Part shown: in pieces, positions 35,351-36,373 of the stretch
Layout: every line of letters starts with the position of its first letter
How positions within the stretch are numbered: position 1 is the stretch's first letter
The notes under the pieces: generated by a model
What the model saw: the letters and a program-made list of their open reading frames with translations, nothing else
Databases searched by the model: none
Told to the model about the DNA's origin: nothing
Assembly (NCBI GenBank): GCA_963737905.1
Contig: CAVTUQ010000042.1
Coordinates: 1-36,373, forward strand
Source: an uncultured delta proteobacterium
Lineage (GTDB): Bacteria; Desulfobacterota; Binatia; UBA9968
Direction of reading: 5' to 3'
Length of the DNA stretch: 36,373 nt
Translations under genes and position numbers: made by a program

Positions 35351-36373
35351 ATGAAGATCGGGCTGTTTACCGAATTCTCTTATCCTGCAAAGTCAGAGCG
35401 GCAAGCATACGCCGAGATCCTGGAACAGATCGCCCTTGCCGATCAGTTGGGATACCACTTCTTCTCAACGACAGAAAGCTTCGGGAAAGATGAATTCTCG
35501 TGCTCTCCGTTCCCTTTGGGCCTCTATGTGGCCGCCGCGCAGCACTCGCCGAGAATTCGTTTCCTGACCGGCATCATCAGCGTCCCCATGCACCATCCGG
35601 CAATCTTGGCCAGCCAGATAGCGGCTGCCGATCTTTTAACCGAAGGGCGAATCATGGTCGGGCTCGGCAGAGGCCATCCCTGGGTCTTGAACCGCGTCGG
35701 TATCGACCCCGGAGAAAGTCCTGCCCGATTTGAAGAAGGCATACGCATGCTGGTTGAGATTTTTGGATCCGCCTACATTGAAAATTCACAGGGCACGTTC
35801 TGGAGGGTAAGCGACTTCAAACTGAGCCCCTCGCCTCTCCAGGAGCCCCATCCTCCTCTCTATGTTGCCGCCGCCACCACTTCCGACAGCGCGATCTTCG
35901 CCGGAAAAATCGGGCAAGGTTTGGTCCAGCCTGGCTATCTGGGTATCCCTCTCGGATTGGTTCGCGATTTGACATCGCGGTACAGAGAGAATCTTCCTAG
36001 CGGAAGTACGAGCGACGTCATTTTGGGTATTCATCTGCACGTGGCGCGGGATCGTGACAAGGCGATTCGAAACGGAGCTTTCGCGCTGGCGACCCAGTCC
36101 CAAGTATTCTTACGATCCAGCGCCAACCGTCAGCGGCTCAGCGGAGAGAATCAAGCCTACGCCACCAAAAGCGAATCCAGGAGAGCGTTTGAAAAATTAT
36201 CCGAGCCCGAAAAGGCGCGCCAAGCCGTGGCCGAAGAGTCGCCTAACATCATGGCGGTTTGGGGCACTCCAAACGAATGTATTGAGAGGATTCATCATTA
36301 CGTAGATGCCATCCACCCGGAGCAACTCATGTTCAATATCGCCTCCGGTAGCCTTCCCCAGGAAAAAATCTTG
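35351..36373 (+). CDS. LLM-class flavin-dependent oxidoreductase (3' end outside the window; absent from the ORF track)
   Basis: ATG 35351 MKIGLFTEF...ADQLGY...TTES..SPFP..RIRFLTG..PMHHPAILA..DLLTEGRIMVGLGRGH..PLQEPHPPLYVAA; appears open to the window end. Confidence 0.9.
   Translation, partial: MKIGLFTEFSYPAKSERQAYAEILEQIALADQLGYHFFSTTESFGKDEFSCSPFPLGLYVAAAQHSPRIRFLTGIISVPMHHPAILASQIAAADLLTEGRIMVGLGRGHPWVLNRVGIDPGESPARFEEGIRMLVEIFGSAYIENSQGTFWRVSDFKLSPSPLQEPHPPLYVAAATTSDSAIFAGKIGQGLVQPGYLGIPLGLVRDLTSRYRENLPSGSTSDVILGIHLHVARDRDKAIRNGAFALATQSQVFLRSSANRQRLSGENQAYATKSESRRAFEKLSEPEKARQAVAEESPNIMAVWGTPNECIERIHHYVDAIHPEQLMFNIASGSLPQEKIL

Noticed and set aside
1-36373. tRNA, rRNA, riboswitch, reverse transcriptase, integrase or prophage genes
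   Set aside because: None recognised by eye; a covariance-model search would be needed to exclude divergent RNAs.

Overview
Bacterial chromosomal window. The gene repertoire (PAKIPRIG-type ABC binding protein, three tandem TctC/Bug proteins, two LLMs, VOC, Cys-less thiolase with OB-fold partner) and the dense intergenic short-repeat elements resemble Ca. Binatia/Binatota-like genomes (inference only). Most of it is catabolic and housekeeping: tandem-PAP2/haloperoxidase-like protein, two exported SlyD-like PPIases, two MFS, CobB, Zn-ADH, DUF427, NHL protein, GlpE, isochorismatase, HAO-like dioxygenase, ferritin-like protein, TPM protein, glutaminase-STAS-cNMP, DoxX-LigA-LigB and a tripartite tricarboxylate transporter. 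Accessory DNA comprises a decayed IS1202-like element, a decayed ISL3 with a perfect 8-bp TSD, a DUF433/DUF5615 TA pair, an orphan vapB with a vapC stub, several MITE/REP-like elements, and an islet (about 20.1-22.1 kb) with a TIR plus TIR/NDT-like two-gene operon beside a ruined FGE-sulfatase gene ending in a DGR-like variable region. Best candidates for new biology: the TIR + NDT-like operon, the pervasive inverted 7-/9-bp micro-array system that also invades coding sequences in frame, and several enzymes with rewired active sites. All calls come from motif recognition by eye; no database searches were run.
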